Shown here in pieces: positions 11,216-24,318 of a stretch of 64,000 bases of DNA (positions are counted from its first letter, which is position 1; each line of letters starts with the position of its first letter). Both the position numbers and the translations under genes were made by a program. Below the pieces are notes generated by a model. That model did not search any database. It was not told the DNA's origin and saw nothing but the letters and a program-made list of their open reading frames with translations. Source of the stretch: Octopus vulgaris (Eukaryota); the NCBI GenBank assembly GCA_951406725.2, contig OX597814.1, positions 67,270,001 to 67,334,000 of the forward strand, given 5' to 3'.

Positions 11216-11968
11216 TTATTATTATTATTATTGTTGTTGTTGTTGTTGTTGTTGTTGAACCACCAGAGTGGTTCGGAGGACAGATTCAGAGTTTTCTGTT
11301 CTCAGAAAAATGCAGGAAAGAGGTGTTCTCCACTACAGTCGACGGCACAGCGTCAACAGAGTACAAGAGTAGTAGCATAGAAAAGAACAAAAACAACAGT
11401 AGCAACATCAACACCAAGGCTAGTAGAAACAGCAAGATCAACAATAGCCACAACGACACCCACAACAACAGAACCAAAACCCGTCACTCAGGAAAATATC
11501 CAAGATAATTCCCTCTCTAAGGCTCTCTCTCTAGCTCCTCTTTTTAAGTATACATAATGGACACACATGCAAATTTACCATCCTGCATAGAAACTTTCCG
11601 ACGTGAAAATATCTTGGAAGGAGGAGGACTAGCTAAGTAAAGAAAAGAAAAGGACAAAAAAAATTCTAAAATGTTACAACAGCTCTGAACGAATCACTCA
11701 GTCACAATAGTATCATCGGAACCACACACACACCAAACCGACAAACCAGTCACCTTAGCAAAACGAAAGCACACATACAAGGACAGTATCAACAGACTGG
11801 CACTCAAACATAACATCAGTAAAACGCAACCATCACAAATTTTGTGCTGATGTCCTTCGTCGGAAAAAAAAGGGGAAAAGGAAAGCACTGAAACAAAGAG
11901 AGATCTTCAGGTACATCACTTTCAAAGAGCCAAAATATATGAAACTGATAAAGCTTGGCTTGGACACA

Positions 11969-12150
11969 TCTCTTATATAAAATCCATTCTGTCCGTCTGT
12001 CTGTCTGTGTGTGTGTCTTCTCGGATCTTGGGCATCCTCCACCCGATTGCGTTCAAATTTGATATGTAGATACCGACGGTATCAGGGTGTGTATAAGTCT
12101 TGAAAAAATTACAAAAATCGATTCCAGGTGAGAATGCGATCGATAAAGCC
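11969..12150 (+). mobile_element. Helitron-like 5' fragment
   Basis: A|TCTCTTATATAAAA, a (CTGT)n tract and CCGATT..GTTCAAATTTG, the same layout as the 5' end at 3763. Confidence 0.4.
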
Positions 12151-12689
12151 GTTTTGTCCTGCTTTTCTTCTGTCAACCTGTACATAACTGCACCTTCCAT
12201 TTTTTGTTGTTTTTGTACTGCTTAAGGGCACGTTTCTTTCCTGCTAAACTTACTATTTAAACCATGTTTGTGTTCTCCCAGTCAACAGCATTATCATTAC
12301 TGGTACTTTAAACTCTTCGGTTGCATATTTGTGCGAATAAAATCGTTTTCTTTCGAATAGAAAAAGTCTATCTTTATTTCTTCTTTTGCTGGTGTCTCAA
12401 ATTTAGGTTAAATCAGTGTTTCTCGAAGGGGAGGCCTATGGGACGGTCGGACAAGTTGTTTTGAGAAAATTTGGTTTAAATGTTTGACAACTCAGCATCG
12501 TCCATTGGACGGGGGGCGTTTTGCTCGTTCAAAATATTGACAGAGAATTTTCCCAATGGTGTGGAAAGTTTGAGCGCAGGGAACAGCAGTAGGTTCTTAA
12601 AGGACATCTCAAAGAAAATTCGCAAAATCCCTTGGTCTCTCCAAGACCACCAAGTGGATAAATAAGCTGTTTTCTTTTCTCGTCTTTCT

Positions 12690-13420
12690 CCCAATATAGT
12701 AGCTCTGAAAGTGGGATTTGTTAATGCACGTGGACTGGGGTCGCCCTGGAACCAGGGTTGCCTTGTCAATGGCCTCAGGTTGTTAGGCAATGATGTGATA
12801 GCTATTGACAATATAACGATTTCCAATTCAATGATCTTAGCACCCATTTATTGCGATTTGGGGATCTACAGATTTCTTACTCCTCTCTGAATGCGGCGGG
12901 AGAGCTGATTTGTAAAGACTTGCGCCTCAAGACATTGTCGATCTTCCTGGATCAGAACGGTAAGCTGGTGGTCCTGAATGTGAATAGTATCAAAAGAGGT
13001 GCCTTTAGCTTAGTCACCGTTTATGCTCCGGTTGGGGTATGATTTTACAACTTCAGGCTCGTAACGCTGCTAAATGTACAGCTGAAGATTTTGGTTAAGA
13101 TGTTTAGCTGAGAGATTGGCATTTGTCCTCGATATTGTGGTAAGTGAGTTACAGACATACGCTATGCCAAAAATCTATCTACGACAGCCTCAATCACACG
13201 CAATACATCATAGAAAGAGTGGGTTGAGAACCTAAGATGGATGGACTGAGATAAGTCGAAAGCTTCCGATAGAGCCAACCATCTTACTTGTCAGCTGCTC
13301 GTTTCGGTCCAGTTTTCTGAGATTGTATCCCTACAATGTACAACGATATTTGTTTGGTGGTCAGAGAAAATGACCGTCTATCGGAACAATGCGTTCAGTC
13401 CGTCAAACTACTCACTTTTA
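12690..13420 (+). mobile_element. Degenerate Tx1/L1-like LINE fragments (endonuclease N-terminus, RT remnants)
   Basis: LKVGFVNARGL..., GKLVVLNV...FSLVTVYAP, and remnants resembling NFRxxTLLN and KAxDR. Many stops. Confidence 0.55.
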
Positions 13421-13968
13421 CTTCTTCTGTATGTACTGATCTTCGATCCACCACTGCGGAAGTTAGAGGAATCGGGGAGATTATGAAAGTCAACAATAAT
13501 CAATTAGCTGGTCTCTTCCGGGGAGCATTCAATCCAGAGTCTATGAATAATTTCCAGAAATATATGGCTTGGCAATGCAGTCGGGGAGGGAGACATTGCT
13601 GGTTCGGGATAAACTTACATGCATGGTAGTACCGTCAGTGGTGCCTGCCCGAGATGCACGTAGAGCGACGAAACCGCCCTGCCTTCAAATGGCTGGGAAG
13701 CAAGGTAGTTTACTTCATCTCGTGGGCTATGGCAAAAGTTGTGTCATAGACAAGACTGAAAAGACTGAAGATAGTACACTTACCTCTTCAGTTAAGTCAT
13801 TATCGACTTTTGAAGTTCCATTTGAAAAGGAAGATGAGGGTTGAGAAGGAAGTGCTTATCCCAACAAATTTGTTAAGGTGTGTGAATGTGGTGAGGATGG
13901 CTTGAGTGGGCTTATTCTAAGCTGGCGCCTGTTGGATGGAGAGAACGTATGGGAGAGGGGTACCCACT

Positions 13969-14013
<45 letters not shown>

Positions 14014-14549
14014 TAGTAGCTCTGAAAGGTATGCAGTTATCTAGAAGTATATATTTCTACGTATAATATATATATACGTATGTTCTTTCTCTACATTTAT
14101 TTGCAAGGTTCTTACGAAGAAGCTACTTAATAAAAAGCTGACCATCAGTAAACTTCTTTTGATAGCCTTGCAGTCTATATTTAAAACGTGGTATGAGAAA
14201 GAAGGCATAATTCACCTACCTCGCGAGTCCTTTCGTAACGTCGATCTTTTTCAGCCGGGATATATTCGTAGGAACCCTACCCGCCTTAATCTCTGGCCAA
14301 TTTCCCATAACTCATGCGGCCACCACGTCCGTCCCAAGCGACAACCCTAAAACAAAAGAGGCCCACGCTAGTCATCCCCCCGTTCACATGACCTTTCTCA
14401 CTTCTCTCCTTCCAGCAAGGCCGCTCGGCCGTTTGCGTGACATCACTGACCCTATACTTTCGGACCACCTCAGCCCCATATAAAGTACGTTCTATGGGGT
14501 CCTAGCTTTCAAGATCTTTGAAACATTTACTAGAACAGACACGCGCTCC

Positions 14550-14970
14550 AATAATTATTGATTTCAAATTTTGACACAAGGTCAGTAATTTTGTGGAAAG
14601 GATTAAGTCGTTCACATCGACCCCAGGGTTCAACTGGTGCTTATTTAATCGACCAAGAGAGGATGAAAGGCAAAGTTGACCACGGTGGAATGTAAAGATG
14701 GACAAAATACTTCGCAGCATTTTTCCCGATGTTCTAACGATTCTGCCAGCTCGCCGCCCTACGCTCTCCAATAATTATTCCTTTTTACCATCGGCACAAT
14801 GCCTGAAATTGGGTGGGAGTAGTCGATTACATTTACTCCAGTGTTCAACTGGTACTTATTTTATTGTCTCCGAGAGAATGGAAGGCAAAGTCGACCACAG
14901 CGGAACTCAGAACGTAAAGGCGGACGAAATGAGGCTAAGCGTGCTAACGATTCTGCCAGCTCGTCGCCCT
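14550..14970 (-). mobile_element. Two tandem tRNA-derived SINE copies
   Basis: Reverse complements of the GGCGGCGAGCTGGCAGAATCGTTAG head end at about 14760 and 14968. Same family as 33022-33255. Confidence 0.8.
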
Positions 14971-15213
14971 ATGCGCTTCAATAATTATTATTGCTAACAT
15001 TTTTAATCAACATAAAAAGTTACAGGTTTCGAAGTAGCTGACCTTATATTTTTTCCTACACAGTGGTTATAGAAGAGATGTTCACATTCGCAGAGCATCT
15101 AAGTGTACATGGTCTTTCTACTTAGTCACAGCAATTTAGATACAATAACATAAAAACATGAAATATTAAATATTAAGGTTTTAAATAATGTTTCATCCAT
15201 TTTATTTCTGCAG

Positions 15214-15279
15214 AATATGAGTCAAATGAGGAGATGTCTGCAGCCGAGCTGATGCGGGATATGAAACAGGAGATGGAAG
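15214..15279 (+). CDS. 66-nt phase-1/1 acidic exon (xYESNEEMSAAELMRDMKQEME), divergent relative of the repeat exons
   Basis: Acceptor ttttatttctgcAG|AA, donor G|GTATGAATTAC (same intron start as the repeat exons), open frame. Confidence 0.75.
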
Positions 15280-15642
15280 GTATGAATTACACACACACAC
15301 GCACGCACACATAGACACATACAAACACGCACTCACACACACATAAGATACGATGAAGAATTCTTTTCATATAAGCAATAGAAAAAGAAGTATACAAGGC
15401 ATCAGAAATAAAATACAAGAAACAAGTAAAATGTGATACACCGATGACAAAACACCATTAAATAAAACCATAAAGCATACATGCGTTCAGAATAGAACAA
15501 AACAAACAATCGGACATTTAAATTGACCTTTACATTTCATCAAAAATTAATCTTGCTGGCTATTGATAGTCACATTAATTAATTAATTAATTGTCCATGT
15601 TATATAGTGAAAATGTGTACTTAGGTCTATGATTACATCTTA

Positions 15643-15900
15643 TTAATCTTTCGGAGCATCTGTTAAGTTCTTTTCACTCAACAAAATGCATAAGGATTTC
15701 TTTGAACATAAATAGCAATTTCTAGAAAAGGGTTCGTACGGGTATGCATTATTTGTTATGGACCAAGTAGTACTATATTTTATTCCATTGGCTTTTAGTT
15801 TCCATATTAGGTCCGCTAGTGAGGTAGAATACCCCTTATCAACTCTGTTGAAACTGACAACATTATTGTATATATCTCTGTATCTAGCAATATTTAGTGT
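15643..15900 (-). mobile_element. Penelope-like GIY-YIG C-terminal fragment
   Basis: STSLADLIWKLKANGIKYSTTWSI...PY...CYLCSKK, homologous to the 21698-22096 ORF. Confidence 0.7.
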
Positions 15901-16080
15901 ACATCTGTAGATATATTTAAGCGCACACGTGTATGAACATACATACATATCTCCAGCAACCAAGAGATTACCTATGTACATACATACATACATACATACA
16001 TACACAATGCATACATACATATATACATACATACATACATACATACACACACACATATATAGTCAATTAAAAAACAAAGT

Positions 16081-16180
16081 AGAAGAAGAAGAAGAAGAAG
16101 AAGAAGAAGAAAAAGAAGAAGAAGAAGAAGAAGAAGAAGAAGAAGAAGAAGAAGAAGAAGAAGAAGAAGAAGAAGAAGAA
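16081..16180 (+). repeat. (GAA)n microsatellite
   Basis: Direct reading. Confidence 0.95.
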
Positions 16181-16571
16181 ACAAACGTGTGGTCGTAGCA
16201 TAAGCAATGTATTAATAAGACACTCGGAGAAAGAAGAGAGTTGTTGTTTTAGGTTTCGAGCATAGCTCTTCGTCGAAAACAAGAAAACAAGAAAGTCCAG
16301 AGGGAAAGAAGGAAGAAAGAGAAAATCGCCAATAGCCTACCTGCGGTTACATTTTTAAAGTGACCGGAAGTAGGAGGAGAAGACAGTGCTTTCTGGGACA
16401 GGAGAGTGTGAAGATGGTCGGTATGTGTGTGTATGTATGCTAAACGCAAAACATCAGACAGTTAGGTGATACAACAAAACATCCAGTCAGACGATACAAA
16501 AAAACAAGGACGGGTCATTCGGAGTTTTCTTTCCTCAGTCGAGTTCCAGATTATCTTTGCAACCCATCTAA

Positions 16572-16633
<62 letters not shown>

Positions 16634-16654
16634 CATACATACATACATGCATAC

Positions 16655-17300
16655 ATGATGGCTGCCCCCTCATTATCGAGTATGGCCGTTGCACGAAGCT
16701 CAACTGTTATTGGTGCTTTGATCGAATGTGACTTTTATTGGCTTTTTAAGGCTACAGCCAGCCATTCAGTTGAGACTCAGCACTATCAACTATCATGAAC
16801 AATGTTATCAAGCAATGCCTCTGCAAGAAGACTTTTTTTTAAAGTGAGGAAAGGATGTGCACTGAATCAATCCCACTCACTAAGCAACAGCAGCCATAAT
16901 CCGAAAAGAAAAACAAGTCGACATCATCGGTAACCACTGAGCCGCAGATTTTATGTCGGAGTTATCTCAGTTACCTGAGTTACCTTCTCCTAGAAGGATG
17001 CCCTAACAAAGGCTAGGAGTTCTTCACTCCCAATGGTTTAACTGCGCGATCGGATATTCAGTCCGATTATTTCTATGTCCCCGCGTATGATACAGCCTTA
17101 AGCCATAAAAAAAAATTACACTTTTATTGGATGGCCGTTGACTCTCAAGAGTTCCTCCGCCCTCTGATGGGTTTTGTTGTTCGTCCCACAGGGTGTCCAA
17201 TAAACACTCTTCTCACCAAGCAAGCTTGGTGGTGTTGCCGGTTTAGTCACCGACGGGCCGACCATGCAACAGGTTGTCGTGGGTTACATGTTACCAGTAA
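16655..17300 (-). mobile_element. Non-autonomous RTE-derived retroposon, about 650 bp
   Basis: Minus strand has a structured head shared with 1291-1457, an AGCCTT..TTAGGGCA..TCTAGGAGAAGG motif typical of RTE 5' regions, no ORF, and ends in an (ATGT)n tail. Confidence 0.5.
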
Positions 17301-17359
17301 CATACATACATACATACATACATACATACATACATACATACATACTTACATACTTACAT

Positions 17360-18060
17360 ACAGGGTGAGTGGTGTAAACCTTTAAACTTATAATTTCGCG
17401 CATGCTTATTATTTGTTTTTGATTTTGCCGACTACACATTTTAGTAGGGTCAGTTGGGCACTGTCTGCGAGAAAAACAGTACCATGACACAATACCCTCT
17501 GCCAGAAATTTGGTAAAAAACATGCTATACTGCTTGGCATTCACGCCGGAAGCTCCAATATGAACAAATGGTGAACACACAGAGCTACCGTTGGCTTGCT
17601 GTGTCCCCAAAACATGTAACGAGATTGATAAAAATCAAACATTCAGTCAACATCATGGTATTTAGAGTGATCGCTAGTGATGGCGACGTTATGGCTCCAT
17701 TCATCTACCCACGCGGCCTCATACTCGACACGGAGGACTACATCAAGTGCCTGGAGGAAGTAGTGCAGCCCTGGGTCAAGGGTGTGGCTGCTGGAAGACC
17801 ATATGTTTGATAACAGGACACGGCACCATTCCACATAAGCAGGAGAACTCAATCATGGCTGTCAAACAATTTCTAACATCTGGCTACCTAATTCCCAAGA
17901 CTGTAACCCCGTTGATTATTATGTGTGAGACGCAGTTGAACGAGACCAACAAAACTCCTTGAAATACCAAAGATGAACTTAAAGCAAAGATTATGGCAGC
18001 ATTCACCAACTTAAACGAGAGGACCGTCCAGAAGTGTTGCAGGAGATTCCGAAGTCGGCG
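17360..18060 (+). mobile_element. Tc1/mariner-superfamily transposase remnant
   Basis: TA|CAGGGTG start. IMVFRVIASDG..PFI..YIKCLEEVVQPW, followed by QDTAPFH (second catalytic D region). Confidence 0.7.
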
Positions 18061-18648
18061 CTTCGATGCTTGAAATTTTTATAGAGAATTCATTTCTCGT
18101 CAGTAGTTTCTATTCGGTCCAAAAAAGGTTCATTCGTGAAACGGGAGAGCAAAGAAGAGCATACGTTCACTCTCTGCGCGCGATTAGACTCGAAAAGTTT
18201 GTGAGAAGCCCACTGACCAATTTGCTGATTTTTCCGATGGCACGCAGGTGTCGATAAATGGTTGAATGATCAAATCCAAGCTTCTCTGCCAGTTCCTCAA
18301 CTGTTACAATGGTATTTTATTTGCAGGGTTTGCAGGACGTCCTCGTCGAGCACTACATATCTTTCAGGATGAGACACATCTTCTAGGCTGTAGTTTCCGA
18401 TTCGGAATTTCTGGAACTACCATTGACACTGGCTTACACTTATTGTTCGATCCCCATAAACTGGATTAATATTCCTCGCATTTTCCGTTGCGTTGTTGCC
18501 TTTATTGAACTCATAGAGCAAATTATGCCGAATGTATTCCTTTGTCACTTTCGAAAGAAGTCCGTCGTGTGTGTGTGTCTCTCTGTGTGTGTATGTATAT
18601 ATATATTATCAATATATGTATATATATATATAATTTATATATATATAT

Positions 18649-18708
<60 letters not shown>

Positions 18709-19734
18709 GCATTTGTGTGTCTGTGGTTGTCCCCTCACCATTGCTTGACAACCGATGTTGGCGTGTTTACGAGTTATACATGCACACACAAAACATGTGC
18801 ATACATACAGAGACACTGAGACACACACATTCGTAAACTCATACAGAGAACCATACCATGTGTGTGTGTCTATATGCTTATATATGCATGTGTACTTACT
18901 ACATACATAAGAACCTACATAGAAACAAATTGCATTCGTAAGATTTATGCTACAAGATCACATTTTTAAGAAGAATCGTAACTTTTCAAAACTGTTACTG
19001 AAGCATTCACATATCCAAATGTAGTAGTAATTATTTGTAATATGTACTTTTAATCAAGATAAAGAACCTGCAGTTTTCGAAGTATATACAAACACACACA
19101 CATGCGCATGCACACAGGCGCACACACACACATACACACACAGACGGTAGGGTCGGGGTGAAAGTTCAGAATAACTTATAAAGTCAAAGATAAATAAAGC
19201 AATAAACATTATGAAGCTAGGCTACCAAGGGGCGAAGGGGTAAGTGTAATAAAATGGAGTAGGGAGAACAAAGCTAAATAGATAAATATCGGTCTTGGGT
19301 GGTCAGAAAGAGCTTCGCTATTGTTGTTTACCAATCATTAATGAGAGCTAAAATGCTAGAAATAGATGCCCAACGGTAAGGAGGATTTAAAATTTTAGGA
19401 TTAATAATTAAGAACAATATTTATAGATTAATGTGGGTACAGTATATAAAAAACACATATATTGAAGGAAAAGGTACCAATAAGATAAAAAGATACAAAG
19501 TTAACTTAAAAATAAAGGATAGGGGATACGAGTAAATCAATAAATAATGAAAAATTTAAAGATTCAAAATAACCAATCAAGGCCTAAAATTCGAGTGACA
19601 ATTAGAACTAAGAATAAAATAAGGTGAGGTAAAATAAAGGAAATGGAATCTTCTTCTTCTTCTTCTTCTTCTTCTTCTTCTTCTTCTTCTTCTTCTTCTT
19701 CTTCTTCTTCTTCTTCATATATACACACACACAA

Positions 19735-19777
<43 letters not shown>

Positions 19778-20762
19778 CACATACATATATATATATATGT
19801 GTGCATGTGTGTGTGTGTGCGTGCACACACACACACACGCACACACATATACACATATACATGCGAATATATAGCCAAGCGCACATGCATGTAGGTTTAC
19901 AATTTAATGAAAGTTCCAGATCCAACACAGGCAAGGTTCCACGTTTGGTGTTGGCATAAAATAACACAAATGGGTTAAAGGTTCACTACAGCTATTCCAA
20001 ACGCATTTTTTATAGTTGAATAGTTCAATTATGTAATGGAAAGACCATTTTCCTCACGTGATTACAAATTTGGCTCAGAAAAAAAATACCACAAGATGTG
20101 TATTGACCTTCTCAGTTATGCATCAATGAAGAGAGTGAAAACACACCGAGTGTTAGCAACCTTTAACTGACGAAGATTTCAGAGGTCAATGGGCTGTAAA
20201 ACAATAATCAGATATTGCTACAACTAATCTATTTCTTTAAACAGGGCTGTATAGATAGCTCAGGATAAATAGATGAGAGGAAGACAGAGATGAAAAATAG
20301 GAGGAGAATGAAGGGCGGATGGAGTAAGAGTTAACAGCGTAGTATTGTCAAATCGGATGTTCTAACGACAGAATTACTAAAACTACCCAGAATCCATCGA
20401 AATGAGAACGTACATGATAGTATATACTTACATACAATCATATGAGCCACTGTTGTATGCATTTATACACCATACACATTTACACACAGACACATATCTA
20501 CATGTATACATGTATGCACGTACATGTACACATACACACCCTCACTCCCACTCTCTCTCACACACACGCACGTACGCACGAATGCACACATATCCTACAT
20601 ATATTTATATGAAAATTATGTCTTAAAACGAATTGAAAATTAAAAAAAATTCAAATCTACTCTAATTTCATACCTGTATCAAGAATTCTAAAAGTATAAA
20701 ACACTTTAAATATTTAATATTAACATTTTATACAAATGGCTTCTTCCTTTTTATTTCTCTAG

Positions 20763-20840
20763 GGTTCAAGGGGAATATGATATCAGATGAGCTTGAGACT
20801 GAGGCTGAGAAAACAGAGAATTTAGAGCTGGAGACACCAG
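20763..20840 (+). CDS. Acidic repeat exon 1 (78 nt): GFKGNMISDELETEAEKTENLELETP
   Basis: tttatttctctAG| ... CCAG|GTATGA, phase 1/1, open. Confidence 0.8.
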
Positions 20841-20899
20841 GTATGAACTAAAAACAGACACACATACATACGTATGCATTTATGTATGTATTATATATA

Positions 20900-23760
20900 T
20901 ATCATTAATAAAAGTTAGGGAATATACTAATTTCAAGCCAACAGGGAAAAAATTCCATTTAGCACACTAAATCAAAGATACACGAAACGATATTATCTAT
21001 AATAACCACATAGAAATTAATTGAATAGATTATAATAATTATTCTAAAAATCACAAAACAAATCAAACATTATATTGACTACGCGCGTTTCATGACTAAA
21101 TATATAAATCGATAATTCGATTTGAAAATATATAGCCACTCTTCAGGTAAAAAAATAACATAAGATAAATGAAGATATTTTAATTAAACAATAAAGATAT
21201 AAATATATGTATGTCAACAGTAAATAATCTAATAAAATTTAACAATATTAATGTAAAGTAAATACATAACTTATTGAGGAAAACCAGTTAAATGAAATTT
21301 TAAACTTTAAACTATCAATCTAGCGTTGTAAAAAATCTATCTCGTTAAACGTGACGTAAGCAATAAATATACAATAAACATAAAGATATATGTATTTAAC
21401 GATAAAAATATAAATAAAAATAAACAAATAAACGTGACATAATATACCATTTACGGGGAAATAATTCTAAATTCTCAATGATTTAAAACTACATTATATG
21501 TAAAAAATATATATAATAAACTAAATGTCCATAAATTAATATATATTCTTCAATTTATTTTATTAATCCCTTGGTTTAATCTTATTCTAGTTATGTTCAT
21601 ACATTACATAACCTACAACTAATTTATACTCATTATACTGCTACATAATGTAACTACATAAATTAATAACATAAATCAGGGTATATATATTCACAAATTA
21701 TTTAAACTTACTATATAAATAATTCGACCTATATCTACATTTAATTTTCCTCTCATCTTGGTAATTAATCAGTTGTTTTTTAAATAGTAAAATCTCTATA
21801 AATTCCTTTGTACACAGTAAACAAAAATTATTACCCATTCGATAGGATTTAGCATTACAAATTATCTCCCATTTTAAATTATACTTAATTCCTTTAGATT
21901 TTAATTCCCATATATATTTGCTGAAGCCAGTAGAATTAATCAATGTTTCATTCTTAAATGAGTGCATATGTTGAGCTACCCTTAATTTAATTTTATTTGA
22001 CGTCGACTCCACGTAAATCGCGTTTATATTATAACTATTCCTATTAATATTATCCTCTATCAGAGTCACTACACATTTATATACTACATCAACCAAGTTA
22101 CATTTATTTTAAAATTTACATTTCGTAATATCTCTACATGTACAATTAATTAAATTCTGGTCATATGTATTGTTGGAATTAGTATGTAATTTTTTGATAT
22201 AAAATTATTCAGCTTAAAACTATTAAAAGATGAAATAATGTTACCAGCATTATTGGTAGTAGAATAACCAACTCCAAAATTATTACTAGAAAAATGTTAT
22301 TATATTTTTTATTATCTACAATGAATAATTCAATTAGTTCTAATATATCTTTAATAATGTTTGTTCAAATTTGAGCCCCATAAGGAATAATTAACTAAAT
22401 TTTGTTCTTATTGTTAACATTACTTTTATTAATTATATTATTGTATTTCTTATTATCATTAACCACATTAAATTTATTCTTATCTTTTACTCTTTTATTA
22501 TATTTATTTTTTGTATTATCATAATACCTATTATGAAAACCATAATTAACTGAACAAAACTTATCATAATTCTTAATATTAGGTTTATTATTATAAATAT
22601 CATAAGAATCATTTATATTATTATTTTTTATATTATTATTAACTCTACAATTATTAAGGAATTTAATACTTTTATTATATCCCACCTCCCTCAAGGCTTC
22701 ATTATAATAAGGTGCGTGTTTTTGGAAAATCTCAAAATTAGAAGAAAGGGCCGAAATTCTTTTTCCTATATTATCTATCAACGATTTTTTAATTGAGGGT
22801 AGGTGATTACTATTGGCATTTATATATCTAAGGTTTTCATTAATTTTATGGAATGGTTGGGTTTTCCCTGTTATTGAATTAAAATTAAAATCTAAATAAT
22901 TAACACCATACTTCTCTTTATCTATAATAATACCTAATCCATATCTTTAAAAAAAAGTTTCCTCTTATATATTTCTAGTGTTCTTATATATTTCTAGTGT
23001 TCTATTAGTTATTAATAAAAGGTCATCCCTATATAATCCACCCTCCAGATTTAATTTTTCTAATTGAAGTTCTGATAATAAGTAAATACCTACTAAATCA
23101 GTCACCTGGGCAGAATAGGGTGCCTCAAAGGTATATCAAAATAATCTCTAGTATCCTTCCTAGCTCACAATTTATTTTTATATCTAATCAACGATTTTCT
23201 AGCTGCTTTAACTGCCTTAACTTCATCATAAGTCATTCCAACCTTATTTATTGCATAAATTAGGGCCTTATTGAGTACTATCTCATTTATAGAAGAATAA
23301 TAATTATCTATATCTATTTGAATGAATTTATATTTATTTTTATCTTTAGTATTATTAAACCATTTTAAAGTATCATTAGTACCACTCCAAAGTTTTAGAT
23401 AGTTAAGTTCATTTACTCTATTAATATAATTATCTAAAATGATCTGACTTAATTTACCTAGATCTGTTTTACATGGACAAATAAGTCTAACTTTTGGGTG
23501 AGAATAAAAATTATTTTTGTGATCTTTTAAAGTAATTCTAGGGTGCATAGGTACATAAGGTTCAGTTTTATTGTCTAACTTATATTTCATCATGATTAAT
23601 TTGGAGACTTTATTTATATTATTAAGAGCATTTTCAGGAACAATTTTATATTTTTTATTTATTTCTTTTTCCAATAAATTATCATATAATTTAACATCCA
23701 GTTTATACCTGTTCCTAGTTTTATCTGATTGTACTATAATTCGGTCCATGCTTCTCATTT
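20900..23760 (-). mobile_element. Penelope-like element: RT and GIY-YIG remnants plus AT-rich 3' terminal repeat region
   Basis: DKTRN.Y, ITLKDHKNNFYSHPKVRLICP, FIQIDIDNYYSSI, LYRDD, VVYKC...YIWELK..CLLC. Frameshifted. Confidence 0.85.
21076..21150 (-). ncRNA. Hammerhead ribozyme motif in a Penelope terminal repeat
   Basis: Minus strand reads TTAC-CTGAAGA-GTGGCTA...TAGTCAT-GAAA-CGCGCG-TA-GTCA. Same strand as the Penelope ORF and downstream of it. Confidence 0.7.
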
Positions 23761-23959
23761 ATTTTATTTTTATAGATAAATTTCATCCGCTGACAAATGT
23801 TTCATTGACCAAGTACTGTTATTTGGATTTCTTTAGGTGGTGAGAAATAGAATGCGGGTCTCCACGTGTTGCTATTGTATTAGTAGCCTTGTCATCTTCC
23901 TTTAGAAATATGGCACTCTGGGTGGTGGTTGTTGTTTGCTAGTCTTAATTTTATGCAGA

Positions 23960-24318
23960 TCAATCTAGGATCAGATGGTAAACACACAGAACTACCGTTG
24001 GCTTACTGTGTCCCTAAAACATGTACCGAGAGTGATAAAAATCAAGAATCCAATGATATGATGTTTGGAGTGATCACTAGTGATGACGACGTTATGACTC
24101 CATCTTCCCACATGGCCTCACACTCAACATGGAGGCCTACATCAAGTATCTGGAGGAGGTAGTGCTGCCATGAGTCAAGAGGGTGGCTGCTGGAAGACCA
24201 TATGTCTGGCAACAGAACTCTGAACCATGCCACACAAGCAGGAGAACTTAGTCATGGCTATCAGACAATTTCTGCGACCACATCACCCCTAACATCTGGC
24301 CACATAACTCCCCAGACT
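23960..24318 (+). mobile_element. Tc1/mariner remnant homologous to 17560-17900
   Basis: Visible similarity (ATCACTAGTGATG..GTTATG, GGCTGCTGGAAGACCATATGT). Confidence 0.65.

Noticed and set aside
16081-16180. Poly-Glu stretch as part of the acidic protein
   Set aside because: Pure (GAA)n with no polypyrimidine acceptor or matching donor. A similar tract occurs on the opposite strand near 19650.
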